From: Haliotis cracherodii
Taxonomy: Eukaryota
Reading direction: 5' to 3'
Assembly: GCF_022045235.1 (NCBI RefSeq)
Contig: NW_027266273.1
Span: forward strand, 26,536,001-26,600,000
Length of the DNA: 64,000 nt
Shown here: in pieces, positions 26,800 to 40,656 of the stretch
Layout: the number at the start of each line of letters is the position of its first letter
Position numbering within the stretch: the first letter of the stretch is position 1
Made by a program: the position numbers and the translations under genes
The notes under the pieces: model-generated
Databases searched by the model: none
The model's input: the letters and a program-made list of their open reading frames with translations, nothing else
What the model was told of the DNA's origin: nothing

Positions 26800-26889
26800 C
26801 TAATTGTAATAAAGAAGTGGTTCATCCACAGAACTCGTCTTACTTTAATATAATGCAGTTAAGGTCAGTTACTCCAACGTCGCAGTAAT

Positions 26890-27345
26890 CAAGACTTAAA
26901 GATACGCTGATCGTGAGGTTGATGCGGTGTTACAGGGTGACTGGCAAGACTCGTACCTTGAACCAACGTGATAGATTCATCACCGTAACGTCAGATGCAG
27001 CTTCATCCTTCTCCGTGCCATCAGTCGTCACACAGTGCGTCGCCGACTACGGCAGCATGGTCTCAGGGCATATCGATAATTCAGAGGAATGACGTTCACG
27101 ACGTGACATCGACTTTAATGTTCACGTTGGGACGTCAAATGTAACGCCAGCATTATCTCATCTCAGAGCCGACGTCACAACACGGATCTACTGTCGTAGC
27201 CAGAGAATCCGACGTCGTGCCAATTCTACAATGAGCAGACATCACGTTGCACAAGCAATCAGGGAGGAATGCAAGGCAATTCCCGACGTCATTAGACGCT
27301 TCACGAACTCTGCATGTTTGCAGGTAGAGGAAATACTCGCAACTT
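26890..27345 (+). mobile_element. Tc1 transposase relic
   Basis: DRFITVT..HTVRRRLRQHGLRAYR and QAIREECKAIP..IRR, homologous to the other Tc1 copies. Confidence 0.65.
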
Positions 27346-27639
27346 CATCACTGGCATTCATTTCGTGACCGCTATGATGATGTTTATTCACTCCTCATCC
27401 TGAATATTGTTCTATGAGTGCGGACACGTTACCGCTAGTGCTGTTTGCGAACGGTGATGGTGGCATTTGATTGTAATTTGTATAGCTAATCAAACAATCA
27501 TCATTTAGTTCTCACAAAAGAACCACCCACGGTGGTACAGGGGAAAGATTTTAACCAGATAATAATTGATATCAAACAAGATGTTATGCTGTACAAATAT
27601 TTGGCGACAAACATTTTGCTTGAAGATTTGTACGAACAT

Positions 27640-27990
27640 TTAACCAGAGACACTTACATAAACAAACACACATATACACAGTTACATTCAAAGGTACTTA
27701 TCTATTGTACATATGAATTTTGCAAGGTTCTTGATTTCTTTTACTTTTCTGGTACTAAACGATGTTTTGTATTTTATATTATTCGGAAATTGCATATATT
27801 TATTCGAGATAAGTTTAGATCTAGATTCACGGAACGCTTCACGTTTAAACAGGTAGTGGAATTCATCGGCTATAGCTGGCGACATACACAGTTTACATGT
27901 CCTAAATTCTCTATCTATACCAAGACAACGGCCAACTTCGACAGGTAGATAATGTTTACAGTTTCAATGTTTTAGAATAGGATGATAAAT
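27640..27990 (-). mobile_element. 3' fragment of an RTE-X-like LINE
   Basis: VGRCLGIDREFRTCKLC..IADEFHYLF C-terminal CCHC-type motif. Confidence 0.6.
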
Positions 27991-29089
27991 TTGTTTTGAT
28001 AGGAAAAGAATGTTTTCAAGTGATAATTATTTCCAAATACAACGTTTGCATTAACTGGGTTTGTTTTGGTCGTTTAGACCATTTTGAAAAAAACTGATCG
28101 GTACACTTTTGATCTTTTGATACTGATGTTGAAGGTGAACTGATGGAACTGTTTGCTCCCAGCAACAGTCAATATATACAGTCAAACAAGTATGGGAACA
28201 TCCAATATTTCCATCATATTTCAATGACTACAAAGACAACAAGAACACATTGGGCAATTTCAGATACTGTGGCATTTAATTGATGAATCTTTCGGACCAG
28301 ACAAATCGATTAATACCCGTATGTTGAACGGAAAGTGTGAGGGGTTGGCTTTCTGACTGGTGATGTATGTCTTGTCAAGTGTCGCAGATATCACATTTTT
28401 CACGTATCTGGAATAGCAGACCAAGGTCACACGAACAGATAACGACATTGTCGAGTATTTTAGGAACATGAAGAGTGTGTGAAATGGATTTAATACTGAT
28501 TTTGGTAGTCTTTTGGTGGGAATAATGGCCTCTAGCTCACCTCATCCGTCTGCCGTCGTCGGTTGTCCATTCTCTATTTAAGCTATAATTAAGTCAACTT
28601 CAGTCAGGAATGAGATTTATTAGGAAACGTGGCAAACTTATACAGTATATAGTGTCAGCTTTTTCATTAATACTCCCCATTTTAACTGTGCTTCTGTCAT
28701 GTACTATGGAAAAGAATATAAACAGAAGAGAATGTTTGGATACAAAAAGGCCAGGTGTGGAAGGCGGAGACGGGCGCTAGACCGAGCACAGGGAGATAAC
28801 TCACAGCAGCATCAGCGAAAACCATGTGCTCTCTACTGTACAGCAGACGAGCTACATGCATTTGTGTCCACCCACGGAAGCATGAGGGCTGGAACAGTAT
28901 TTATTGACATAAGACACCAATCAGTGATAGCAATAACAACATTAATACTGTATTATCTTTTAGCTCCAATGTACATGAAGGTGCGACAAGAGCGAGGGAA
29001 GGGAGGGTGGGTAACTTCACCATATATAACTCCGTAGATGTGATAGCGGTGTCTTCGTCTGCTCATGCTAAAAATAAAATAGGCCAAGT

Positions 29090-31521
29090 TCAAAGGTTAC
29101 GATCTCGTGAAACGAGAGCGAGACCTAATTACCCAAAAGCCCTTCTTCATCATGGCCTCATGGTAATCACACGTATGTATCTCGCCATGTATGTTGTGAG
29201 TATATATCGAACCCTCACAAAGAGGTCGATATTCCAACGTTCATGTCAATAAACTTGATAAACCCCGCTCTAAAAACGGTTATGATACTGAAGCCCGCTT
29301 CAGCTAAACTAGTAGATGTCCCATTTCCGATCACACAGGCGGAATCAGATTCTTGGTCCTTGTCAAGCCATCTGGCTAATCATCTCAATACTCAGTTCTC
29401 TACTTTCAAAAAAGATAATGTGTTGAATGAAAACATTCTTGATGATCATCCCATACCTGTTGAGCAATGATTAACTGCTCCCCAACAAGAGGGGTATTTA
29501 GATGATCTTTTAGAAGCACGGGACGGGTCATTTAAGAAAAAAAAGATTCCTCTTTGCAGTTTATTCAAAAGAGAATGTTAAATACCATGGGTCCTTTGTC
29601 CTTTGTTGAAATCTTGACAAAATCAAACGCAGGGAGGCTTCACCTGATTAAGACATATGTGAACTTCTTCACAGAGAAGGCAGTCTGCCTTGGGAACAAG
29701 ACAACTTGTACATTTTCAATTGTCCAATTTTATCCAAACTGGTTAAGGATCCAAAGAAAGCAAAAATGTTGATTTACAAATACGAGGACACCATTGCCGA
29801 TGCTAAAGTGAAGCTCTTCGAAGACCCCTTTTACAATACGGTCCTCGCTGATCTGAAGCCTTTGCAAAAGGCTAGGGATATTCTTGGTGGACCGCATTCG
29901 GCTCCAAAGAATAAGATTAATTTCTTCAACAACCAGCCTTTCTCGCAGCAGCCCTTTCATGGTAAGCCTGGTTCTTCTGGGGGAGGGGGACTAGCGGATT
30001 CACAGTCCAGGCATCCTTCAATCCCAGAAAAGGAGGGAACGACCGTGGTGGCGAAAGAGGAAGATCTTCAGGACAATATAGGTTTGTACCACTCTCTTTC
30101 AACAAATACCGATTTCATAGAGCTCGGCATACCTTCAAGTCCAATGAATCTGAATGCCCCAAATCCCGATCTTCCGGACAGTATGATACCAGAAATCGAA
30201 GATGTAAAATTAGAAAACATTCCTTTCGAAGAAAGTATTTTAGGGGGCAGGATGACACATTTCTACACCAACTGGGCAAGGATTACTCTAGACCCATGGA
30301 TTCTTCAGACCGTTCATGGCTTTAAAATAGAATTCATTCAAAAGCCTATCCAAAGAAAACCAACTCCACCGTTAACATTTTCTCAGGTTAAGCAGGTTGT
30401 ACTGGACAAGGAGCTATTGGGAACATAATGATGAAAGGGGCGATAGAAGAGATTCCTCAGCATGTGAATCTGGAATCTCAATCTTAGTTTTTAAGTCCTA
30501 TGTTCGTTGTACCCAAAAAGGACGGGTGTCTGAGACCAATACTCAATGTGAAAAAACTAAATGCTTTCATTCTATACAATCATTTCAAGATGGAAGGCCT
30601 TTCACTCCTGAAGGATGTCATTCAGGAAAACGATTATATGTGCAAACTGGACCTGAAGGATGCATACTTCAGCGTGCCAATTGTCAGGCACCAGAGGAAA
30701 TTGCTGAAACCTGTTGTTAAGCATTGCACGAAGAGCAGGTATTCGGATGATCATATACCTAGACGATATGATTCTCTTTGCCCGCAGTCCAAAGAGTCCT
30801 TTGCCGAGAGAGTCTCTTGTATCGTTTGGAGAACCTAGGTTTCGTAATAAACAAAGAGAAATCAGTTTTTGCTCGAGTCAGAAACTCAACTTTCTGGGTT
30901 TCGAAATAGATTCTCAGTGTCTCACTCTAACACTTCGCCGGAAGAAAGTGACGGACATCCTTCAAAGTCCCATGTTCTAGTCACTATAGCAAAAGAAATA
31001 TGGGACTTTCGTCTCCAGTGAAAGATAACTCTGGAAGCACAGTACCTACCTACATCATTGCAGACTGGGAGAGTAGCCATTTTGCAGATTCATGCGAATG
31101 GCTCTTGAATCGCAAGGTATTCAACCAGTGCAATCAGAGACTAGGCTCTCACTTGATAGACCTTTTCGTATCTCGCCTCTCTCATCTAACTGGATAAGAA
31201 TGTATGTTGGAGACCAGACACCGCCCCCCCCCCCCCCCCCCCCCCCCCCCACATTCCCCCCCCCCACATCCCACATTCCAGATGTCCAGCTTGGATCAAG
31301 TCCGGTTGCTCTTTCAGATGAGACTGTTGTTTTTGTAGGCGCCTTCGGTACAGTGTACACAGATTTGTATTTCAGGGTTACTTGTAACCGTAATTTGGGA
31401 CATCCCCCAAAAATGTTTGATTGAAGCTCTTTTCTTAGTTGTTTTTTGCACTTCGGCATAATGATGAAGGGCTTATGGGTAATTTGGTCTCGCTCTCGTT
31501 TCACGAGATCGTAACCTTTGA
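29090..31521 (+). mobile_element. DIRS1-like tyrosine-recombinase retrotransposon relic with inverted repeats
   Basis: GGRMTHFYTNWARITLDPWILQTV, FVVPKKDG.LRPILN, KLDLKDAYFSVPI, YLDD, FLGFEIDS, IDLFVSRLSH; ~60-bp inverted repeat 29090-29150 / 31461-31521; no recombinase gene seen. Confidence 0.85.
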
Positions 31522-32139
31522 CGTCATTTGAGAGAGAAAACAAAGACGATAACAATCGGAAGAATTTGTTTGGCAACAAGGCCAAATGTTATCGTTGTGG
31601 TTGCTGTGTATCATAAAATGAAACGTGTTCAAGTATTACAGGGTCACAGTGGGTATCATTATATTATGATTGTAACTTATTGTGACTACATATATGTCAA
31701 GTTGAATCTGGATGTGTGTATGAATGGATGAGTGTGCATCTATCTGTACATGTGGATGAACACAGGATACTTTGATATGCTTGGAATTTAAATTAAGATT
31801 AAAAGGTAAGGTAGATACATAAGGTGGGCCAATAGCCGAATTAAGCTAAATATTGCTGAATGACAATATATTGGAATCAATCTGATGGTAACAAATTCAA
31901 AACACCGTTTATTATCTTTGTTTTTTAATAAATAGAAAGTAACACAGACATTAGAAGAAAAATAGCGAATTAGTCGCATGATAGGTAGCAGGGACCTGAA
32001 ACAGTTTCCTTATCAACGCAAATACCCAGATAAGTAATCGTTACAGGACTAAACGATAGGTGACACTGACCTAAACTAATACAGTAATACTATGCCACTG
32101 CTCTGTCAACATTTGCAATGGCTACTTCAATAGGAGCTT

Positions 32140-32740
32140 CGTTTCATGAACAGGTGTTGAAAAAGAAAGAGTCTGATAACAAGTCCTTATTATTGACTAA
32201 GAAGGAATAATTTGCGTTATTTGAAGAACTCCAAGAAGCGTGTTCTGCTAAGACTATGTCCCCTCGTCAGTATTACATCCATGGTCGGTGTGCAACTCTT
32301 CAGTCTGGTGGTATTGGAAGGTAAATTCGTAAACGCAATGGCAGTGCTCAAGAACTCATACACTTAACACATGTCGACGATATGTTTGGCATCATTATGA
32401 GAGGTCACATTTCAACTATTCATGGTGGTCGTGACATAATGTTTAAAGCATTGACTAAACATGCTAATATCAGTCGTGAGGGAGTATAACTGTATAAATC
32501 TCTTTGCATTGAATGTCAGGACTTTGCACCTCGAGGCCAGGTCGACATTGTCAACATGCAGTCGATGGCTAATGGCTCGTAGAAGTGGATAATGGTATAT
32601 CAGGACCATCTCACTATGTATTGTTTGTTGCGTAGATTTACATCTGAACGGGCTCCAGAGCTTGACTTTCAGCAGATGGACGTGTTGTCATGCTTTGCGC
32701 ACCTCATATTTTGTTGATTGCTTATGGTAGCGAATTTACT
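32140..32740 (+). mobile_element. KRBA2/SCAND3-like (Ginger2-type) integrase relic
   Basis: HGGRDIM, RGQVDIVNMQS, KWIMVYQDHLT motifs; inverted paralog at ~52960-53860. Confidence 0.75.
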
Positions 32741-33420
32741 ACAATCTTAAAGTCATATTGTACAGGCAATGAATATTGGAACAGATTTTATAACATCTTG
32801 AAAAAATAAACCATTTCAATAACAATAGGAAATCAGGATCCGTTGCACGACTGTAACTATCTCAGAAACATGTGTGTATTAATTACTATCAAATAGTGAC
32901 GATACCCGGTATTTACCGGAAGATGACAGTTCGATTTGATGGAGCAACTGTATTTCCAAGATTAGGGAATTCCTGAATCATTGATTTATTGGTATTTGAT
33001 AATTATTACAAATGCATATTCCGTGAATGTAACACTTCAATATTTGATCCTATACATAGCTATACAATTAGGTCGAACATATTTGAAATACAATACAGGG
33101 TAACGCGACTTTAACCAACGTGTACACCTGTAAATATTTGGGTACATCTTTCTTAAATTGCGCTAAAGTGATATGAGGAAAAATATTTTTAACATGTGAA
33201 CTTGTTCCTAATCCATATGTTCTCTGACAATACACTTATAAAACGACACTTTCCATAATGAGAGATAACACATCTGAACTGAATTACTACTTATAATTCA
33301 TCGAGCAGAAAACTAAAGATCAATAAAGTCGTCAGTTGTGACAATCGTCTTTTATTAGTAAATCGTTAAAAATACCCGTCCTCTACAATAAGTAATGCCA
33401 AACGAGCATTTTGATTATGA

Positions 33421-34792
33421 TTAATTTTGAACCATCACCATTGTTTTCGCATGACAATGTGCAGCGACCCAATGGTCTGGAGCGGAGGTTCCTGACAGAA
33501 CGGTCTGCTTTGTGGTGTCAGAAGCTAGCGCAGCGAGTTGAAGCTAGAAATAGGAAGACAAATTTAAAAAATAACGAAACATGACGCAACACATGCCCCA
33601 TTTAAACAATCTGTGTAATCTTCTTTTAATCACTACATTCGAATAAACCTAAGACAAAATGTTTCGTCAAGATTGACTGGCGCTTTCAGACAATATATAA
33701 TAGCCCTCATATCAATGCGCTAGATGTGCAGCTCTTTACAAGACAAAGTGGGTAGTCGTTGCCACTGACATCTGTCATCAATTCCGAAATCTTCGGATTT
33801 ATCTTTTACTAATTTCTGCGTTATAATTTTGATAGTATCCGTCATATAACCATAGCAATAATACGACATCAGACTGAACCCATCTGAATTACCTCAAGTG
33901 TCTCAATCTTAGCAGGGTCGTGGACGTCCAACTTCTGGGCATCAGTAAGCGCCATCAGATAGCAGTGTGTTTGGGTTATCATGACCATTTCGCCCTGTGG
34001 GAAACATTTAGCATTCAGAGGAATGGGCATGAATGTCAGGTTCACACGTTTATGCGTTGATGAAAAGAACGACTTGCATCAATCGGTGAGGAATGTCAGC
34101 AAGGAACTTTATGAATTATTCAATCAAATTTAATAATAAATCTTATTTTATGTTTAATTATTTCTCTTCGACAAGATGTATTAATTGTTTGTGTGGCTTA
34201 TTCATTTGTGTGATAGTACTTACTGATTGTTTGTCATAGGCAAAGGTAAATTGTCCGTGCTCATTTCCACCGTGGGCACCATGAGTAGGGTGAACGTGGA
34301 CGTCGTGGGTGGCGTGTGTCTTCACGTCGTGGGTGGCGTGTGTCTTGACGTCGTGGGTTGGGTGAGGAGGATGGGTGTGCTGAGCCTGGAATCATCATAT
34401 CTCCTGTGATACATTTTTATAAAATGTCGGCTTTATCACGTGTATGTGCACATGTCATGCAGCACGTGTCAGTTGAGATCAGCATGTTTTCATTTCAAAG
34501 GTCAATATCTGCTGGTGAAATTATCTGAATACTAATGAAATGTCATTTTGTTAATAATATTAGCATGAACGTATGTTTCATATACATTAGCGTTCATCTT
34601 CTTGAAGACACTGAACGCATTATAAATACGACGACAAATGAATAAAAATGAAGTTAAACAATGAACCAGTATGTCCTGTGGAATCAAAGTAGAATTGTCT
34701 ATTAACAGCAGTTCCGAGAAAACGACACTCTCATTTAAAGTCCTCACCTCAGCAAGCAAGACAACACAGGCAATAAGGGCAATCTTCAACAT
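33421..34792 (-). CDS. Copy D: secreted His-rich protein with BRICHOS-like domain, 143 aa (exons 34748-34792, 34224-34385, 33893-33994, 33421-33543)
   Basis: GT-AG phase-0 introns. MLKIALIACVVLLAE|AQHTHPPHPTHDVKTHATHDVKTHATHDVHVHPTHGAHGGNEHGQFTFAYDKQS|GEMVMITQTHCYLMALTDAQKLDVHDPAKIETLE|LQLAALASDTTKQTVLSGTSAPDHWVAAHCHAKTMVMVQN*. TATAAA 34849-34854; AATAAA 33351-33356. Confidence 0.9.
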
Positions 34793-34848
34793 GGTGGATT
34801 CAGGCTGAATTCGGTAGCAGCAGATGAAGTATGGCACTGGCGATCCTC

Positions 34849-34867
34849 TTTATACACGTCCCTATCA
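34849..34867 (-). promoter_or_regulatory. GATA site plus TATA box of copy D
   Basis: TGATAG (34862-34867), 7 nt, TATAAA (34849-34854). Confidence 0.7.
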
Positions 34868-36272
34868 AGCTGCATTCTTTCGTCTCTTAAACTATGGACC
34901 TATTAGAGTCATGATTCATAGATATTCAGCCGTTCCTTGTCATGCACATTTGCTTTTTCACACGGACTTCCGTTGATCATATCACACGATAACTGAACAC
35001 TGTGAGTGTGTATTGATGGACCGGCACTTTGTTACTTTGCTCAATGTTAAATAGTTCAAATATTTCAATCATGAGCACATCCTACACAATTTATGACAAT
35101 ACATGTCGTAATGCAAATTGAGAACTAGTACACATTAAGTCTGTGATGGGCATCTTATACATTAATCCTATCTCATTTACATTGTTATTATAGTGTTGTC
35201 TTTGTTCATTTATTCTACCCTGTGTTGTGTAAATCTATATAGATATATACTCATGCGCCTACTGACCAAGGAGCAAGAAGTTGCTCTGAAATGCCTCGAC
35301 AAAGAATAAAGGAACTTGTTATCTATAAATAGTATCAAGTAGTAAACAACATATGTAGAATTAATGGTGTCGGTTAATGTATGTAAGGTAACAAATTGTC
35401 TTTTTTGTTGCATTTTTTAAGAAGATGAAAGTAAAGCACGTGACTGCACCGCCTTTCTTACAGGTGTTTGCACGACAACATCTCAAGAAACGCTTAACAG
35501 GAACATAGATGCAGAGATAGTTCATTTCAACTTTTTACATGAAGTTAATTTTGCATTCATACCTCTCATGTTCATGTATAAGAACTGTTCATGGACATTC
35601 TAAATGTCATTTACCTATAAAATGAATCCCTTCAAAACCAATGATGGTTCACTCAGATTACGTACTGAATGCACGACACTTTCCATGACTATGTCGTCAA
35701 TTGCACGTATACAACACACCAACAATATTCCCTTTTCTCAAACAGTTACCGAGGTGAAACGTATTCAAAATTTAAATTTAAAACTGGACCTTCTGTTCAT
35801 TTGGTTGTTCTCTTTTTTGTTTATATGTTTAACCGTATGTCCTCCTTTTTCAGATAAACACTGTTTGGGCCTTATCTTCACGAAACTTTGTTAAAGGTTA
35901 AATGTGGGATCATTTTCTTGGCATATCTAATTTATAACAGTAAATATATCTATCCATATTTAGCAGCTTGGAGTTCAGCTTCCAGTCACAAACAAACTCA
36001 CACATGGAGAGTAAATCAAAAGGTGCGAATACGATCTGATATTTTAAATATGATTTTACTATGGTGATAACAATTGTGCGCAATATTACCAAATGTTATA
36101 GAATTAATGCTGCTTTTAGCAGTCATGACTAACTGCGTAGTGGTAGCATATGAAGTTTACAATACTTGATGAATTCTGATGATATGCTATCAACAGAGAA
36201 ATTCCCATAACAGGTATGGCAAACTTATACAATATACATGTTCAGAATATCGTGTCCACTACACGTATATGC

Positions 36273-36444
36273 GGGGCGGTCTGGTAACCTAGTGGTTAAA
36301 GCGTTGGCTCGTCACGCCGAAGACCCGGGTTCGATTCCCGACATGGGTACAACGTGTGAAGCCCATTTCTGGTGTCCCCCGCCGTGATATTGCTGGAATA
36401 TTGCTAAAAACGGCGTAAAACCATACTCACTCACACACTCACTA
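36273..36444 (+). mobile_element. tRNA-derived SINE (family A), full length with TSD
   Basis: A-box TAACCTAGTGG, B-box GGTTCGATTCCC, tail GGAATATTGCTAAAAACGGCGTAAAACCATA(CTCA)n; TSD ACACGTATATGC at 36261-36272 and 36445-36456. Partial copies at 8665, 38341, 42439 and 59236. Confidence 0.9.
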
Positions 36445-37399
36445 ACACGTATATGCATGACTAACGTTAATGTTGATGTTATGATGATGTCCACAGTACA
36501 GTGTGTTATCTATCTATCTAAGTACCTGATTCAATGCTCGCTTTACAACGTAATTACGCCACATTTAGCTCTGTCATAACTATCATCCTTATGATGAAAA
36601 CAATTTTGGAGTAATTCATATTAACACGTTCGTACATATTCCTGTGCATGAGTGCATGCATGCGTGTGTGTATGTGCGTGTGCATGTGTGTGTGTACGTG
36701 TCCGTGTGTGTATGTGTGTGCTATGATAGTGTACCTAGACATGACATTGTTTTCGGATAAATGCATTAAATCGTCAAGTCATTCTAGTAAATATATGTAT
36801 TTGCACTTGTCAAAAGATTAGATACCACAAATAGGACAAACGTAGAATAAATACGTCCTTGGGATCGAGCCATGTGCAGGTTATAATGACTGTTGAATGT
36901 CTTGAGACCTTAAAGGGAAATACAGATTAATATGGCATGTAACGTCGCAGCTGACATTGTATCGGTGATATCAGTTTTGAATTTAGAAGAAACTGACGCA
37001 AGATGAACATGTATGTAGCCGACATTTACACATGATAGATACTTTATCACATCTCCCGAAAGGATGAGATGATGATGTGACTGTTAACCTGCGCCTCATG
37101 GGTAGCTTGGCTTGTATATCCAGCAATACAAATAGAAATACCAAAGAGTGTTTGGGTGATCCTGACACAGTCAAGCTGGTTAGGTTCATCATCAGCTCAA
37201 AGCCTTTTCCGTCTCTCTATATTGAGCCTAGACAGCGAATGGGACTTCTCCCACGAAGCGTGCCTCATCGAACCCACCCAGAAGTGTTCGGAGAATGTGA
37301 AGACTCCCCAACACTACAGCCTTCTGCATTACCCAGATTGTCAGAAGTGCTGTATTCCTGGCAGCAAACTCTAGTACTCCTCCTATGTCAACAGATTGG

Positions 37400-38250
37400 A
37401 GGAACCAAACCTAAGGCACCGAGAACAATGGGGAGTCGGTGACAGTAAATTGAATGATATAAATGATTTCATTGGATTTATCAATAAGGACAAGATCAGA
37501 TTTGTTGGCCTTAATAGGTCTGAAGCTGTATACGGGCCTATTCCAGAATATTTTGCATTTATCTTTTGCAAAGCGCCCTCTACATATTCCGGGTCGTGCA
37601 TGTACCATGGATGGACCTCTTTATCAAAACCACAAGCATGACGAAGACCGTAATAAAATGATCGAGCCACTCTCGTTATAATGTCGCTTAAGATACTGAT
37701 TGCGTTGGACAATCTCATTAAATTCATTGCATAATCTACATTTATTTTTTACATTTTGATGCAAAATCATACATTGACGGATTAGAGTGAGAAGTGACTG
37801 GTCCTGAGCAGCAAACAGAAAGCGAAGAACCAAGGCGGAACATCCCGTTTCTACAAGATAATCTAAACAGTGAAGTAATGTTGTTTGATCACAAGGTAAC
37901 AGTTTCCACTTCCGGTTTCGAATACCATCAGGTCCTGGCGCCGTATTAGATTGGCCGTAGTGGTAGTTTTTATTACATTTGTCAGGCAATCAGGTATAAT
38001 GAAACAACAATGGTGGCTCTATTATGTCCTGTTCAACATCATTGTAGTCTTCTACGTATGGTGACAGTTGCCGGGTATAGACATAGATGTTTCCAAAACC
38101 TTTCATTGTAATCCATGGTAGGTCTTTCTTCATTACTGCCACTGGTTGCAATTAATTACCTGCAAAACTTTTGAACAGTTTTCTTTATTTAAGGAAATTA
38201 TTTTTCTTGTCACACTTTTTATTTATTTCTGTCCAGACCCTTAATTTTGC
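37400..38250 (-). mobile_element. R4/Dong-clade (RLE) non-LTR retrotransposon relic, internally deleted
   Basis: APGPDG..WKLLP, FLFAAQDQSL, CRLC zinc knuckle, PWYMHDPE, KIFWNRP..IKANKSDLVLIDK (restriction-like endonuclease). Confidence 0.75.
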
Positions 38251-39264
38251 CTTAAAGGAATAAAGATTTTGGTTCAGAATATTCTCTTTTGTTTTCTTGT
38301 ACCTTGTTTTTATTTTTTTCTAAAATGATTTTTGACGTTTGAGTGAGGGAGTATGGTTTTACGCCGGTTATAGCAACATTCCACAAATATCACATTGAGG
38401 GACATCGGAAAATGGGCTTTACGCATTGTACCAGCAGTATACACGCAACAGTTAATGTCATGCTAAAAGCAGTCCGCATTGAGAGTGAAAGAAATAACGT
38501 CATTGTATTAATCTGTGGAAATTCTGTGGAAATGATTGGTGAAATTGTTTAATTGGCCTCCGTTTCTCAATCGGCATGTCATCGATCCCAATTGCGTGGA
38601 TCCATGCTCATGAATGTCATGGATTGTGTGGTCCAGATTCGATTATTTACAGACAGCCGTCGTATAGCTGGAATATTGCTGAGTGCGACGTTAAACAACA
38701 AACAAACAAACAAACAATCGGCAAATCACAGATTTGATTATAAAATGACATAGACAAAATATACAACTGATCATTAGAAGGCTCACTGACAGCAGAGGGG
38801 CTGGAATCTGGAGAGAATTCACAATCTGCGAGGCCGATTTGAAGCTAGGAATGTCATTTCGTGACTCCATATACAGGTCATCAGTGACAACTGCATCAGG
38901 TAATTTGGGGAGAACAATGCGAACGTTCATTTCGTGTCTGCTACTGCTGGAACTGAGGGTTTATGCAAAGGTGCCTGATGAGTGTTGGTAGTTAGCTCAC
39001 CAGCTGCATGGCACATGTACAGCTTTAGTCGCCGGAGGTTGTCACGAATATTTAGCTCTGTATGCATGCATTGACATGGCTTTGTCCCTATGTTGCTTCA
39101 ATGAGTTGCCATTTACTCGTGTTTTTTTCCAGGCCATCCTGTTGCTTTCGACCACTTAAGAAGTGTGGACTTGTGTTGGTGATTCCAAGATATTCTTGGA
39201 TGGGTTCTGTGCCTTCCCCCGGGGCAAGTCCAATCTCCAGCTTGGTTGGTTTGTATACAATAAT

Positions 39265-40612
39265 AAACACAAAGAGAAAAGTTAAGCACACCCCTATTTC
39301 TGAACCATGACAAATGGCCAAAATCATGGCATGGGATGACTGACCACAGAAGCTGGGCGATACCAGTGTCATCGGATAGACCATGATTGACATTTACGGA
39401 CAACAAAGTTACATTTGATGTTTCATATGAAAAAGTTCCTTAAAGCCTCTACTTAACACGTGAAACAGATCAGTAGTGGGTATAACCGCCACGTGCCCGG
39501 ATGACGCATTCCACCCAACGTCCCATGCCTCCAGTCAGACGTTGGATCTGTTGATGGGTCAACAACAACAACCACTCCTGATGCAATGTTGCTTCCAATT
39601 GGCGTAAATCGTGTACAGGAGGATCTCGTGCCTGTATGCGCCGCCCCAGAATATCCCAAACATGTTCAAGGGTGTTCAAATCTGGGCTCATTGCTGGCAA
39701 GGGTGGATTCGTTATTGAATTGGCACTCATGTAATCCACGACTGCATGTGAACGATGAGGCCTGACATTGTCACCCATGTCGAGTAGCAAGAGGGTGGTT
39801 GTCAAAATGAGGAAGGACGACTGGCCTCAAAACGTCCCTGTTAAGTTGCCCTTATGGTGACTAAATCCAACCTGCAATCATGAGAGATACATCTCCAAAC
39901 CATTACCGAGCCCCCGCCGTATGCAACAGTCGGTTTAATGTTCCTGTAATCAGTGACCTGGAGCAGAAAGCGACGTTCGTCCGACCAATGGATCCGTCTC
40001 CAAGTTCTCAGAGTCCAGTTCTGGTGTGCATTACACCATGCTGAACGAGCAGCTTTGTGGTGATCTCTCAACAAGGGACGCTTTATGACTGTCTAGCCCT
40101 CAGAAACGACGATTTGGCAACCACAGCTGTTTTAGACGAGTACTTGTTAAAAAGGGTTCTCGGCGTATGAGACGAAGAAGGTCCCTTTCTTCGTGATGTG
40201 TCGTCACAGGAGGTTTCTCGACTAAACGGCTTACGACAGTGTGATGGTAACCCAAATTCCGACCAATGGCATTACAAGACATTTCTGCGTTATGCATGCC
40301 GGTTATGTGCCATCTTGTGGCGTTTGATAATCGCCTTCGTGTCATGGTCACACAATGTCATGAAATAACTGTTTCAAACTAAGCTTAAGAAAGCAATTTT
40401 AACGTTTGCATATTCTGCTTTTAGAGATACTCGAGGGTAGCATGCTGCACGGGCATACCATGCATGGCACGTGAGCTTCCGTCATGCATGACTGATTACA
40501 TCATCTCGAGAAAACGTAATTCTTCCCATAATTATATCTTTCATGACTGTTACAAATATTGGGACCCAACAATAACGAAATATGTGAGGGTGTGCTTAAA
40601 CTTTTTCTATAA
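39265..40612 (-). mobile_element. Tc1-family transposon, degenerate
   Basis: WSDERRF, GGGSVMVW, DNVRPH, SPDLNTLEHVWD, ARGGYTHY; TIR core AAAGTTAAGCACACCC / GGGTGTGCTTAAACTTT. Confidence 0.88.
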
Positions 40613-40656
40613 TAAAATATATAATATATATATAATAAAATTAAAAACTATACATA

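Larger units (their letters stand above)
32320..37310. repeat. Left arm of the inverted segmental duplication containing copy D
   Basis: Reverse-complement homology to ~47575-53860, e.g. 36780-36980 vs 47780-47975 and 37240-37305 vs 47578-47650. Confidence 0.85.

Noticed and set aside
29706-30428. 240-aa ORF as a host gene
   Set aside because: Fused DIRS gag and pol remnants (GGRMTHFYTNW motif).
31092-31585. Poly-Pro and poly-Gly ORFs
   Set aside because: Caused by the poly-C run inside the DIRS relic.
34377-34385. N-terminal ATCUN motif (A-Q-H) in D and E
   Set aside because: The A-x-A rule favours cleavage after Ala16, which puts His at position 2 behind a Gln; only N-terminal sequencing could revive the idea.
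36273-36345. tRNA gene
   Set aside because: A and B boxes run into a SINE body and tail with a TSD; the same reasoning applies to 59236-59325 and 60912-61010.
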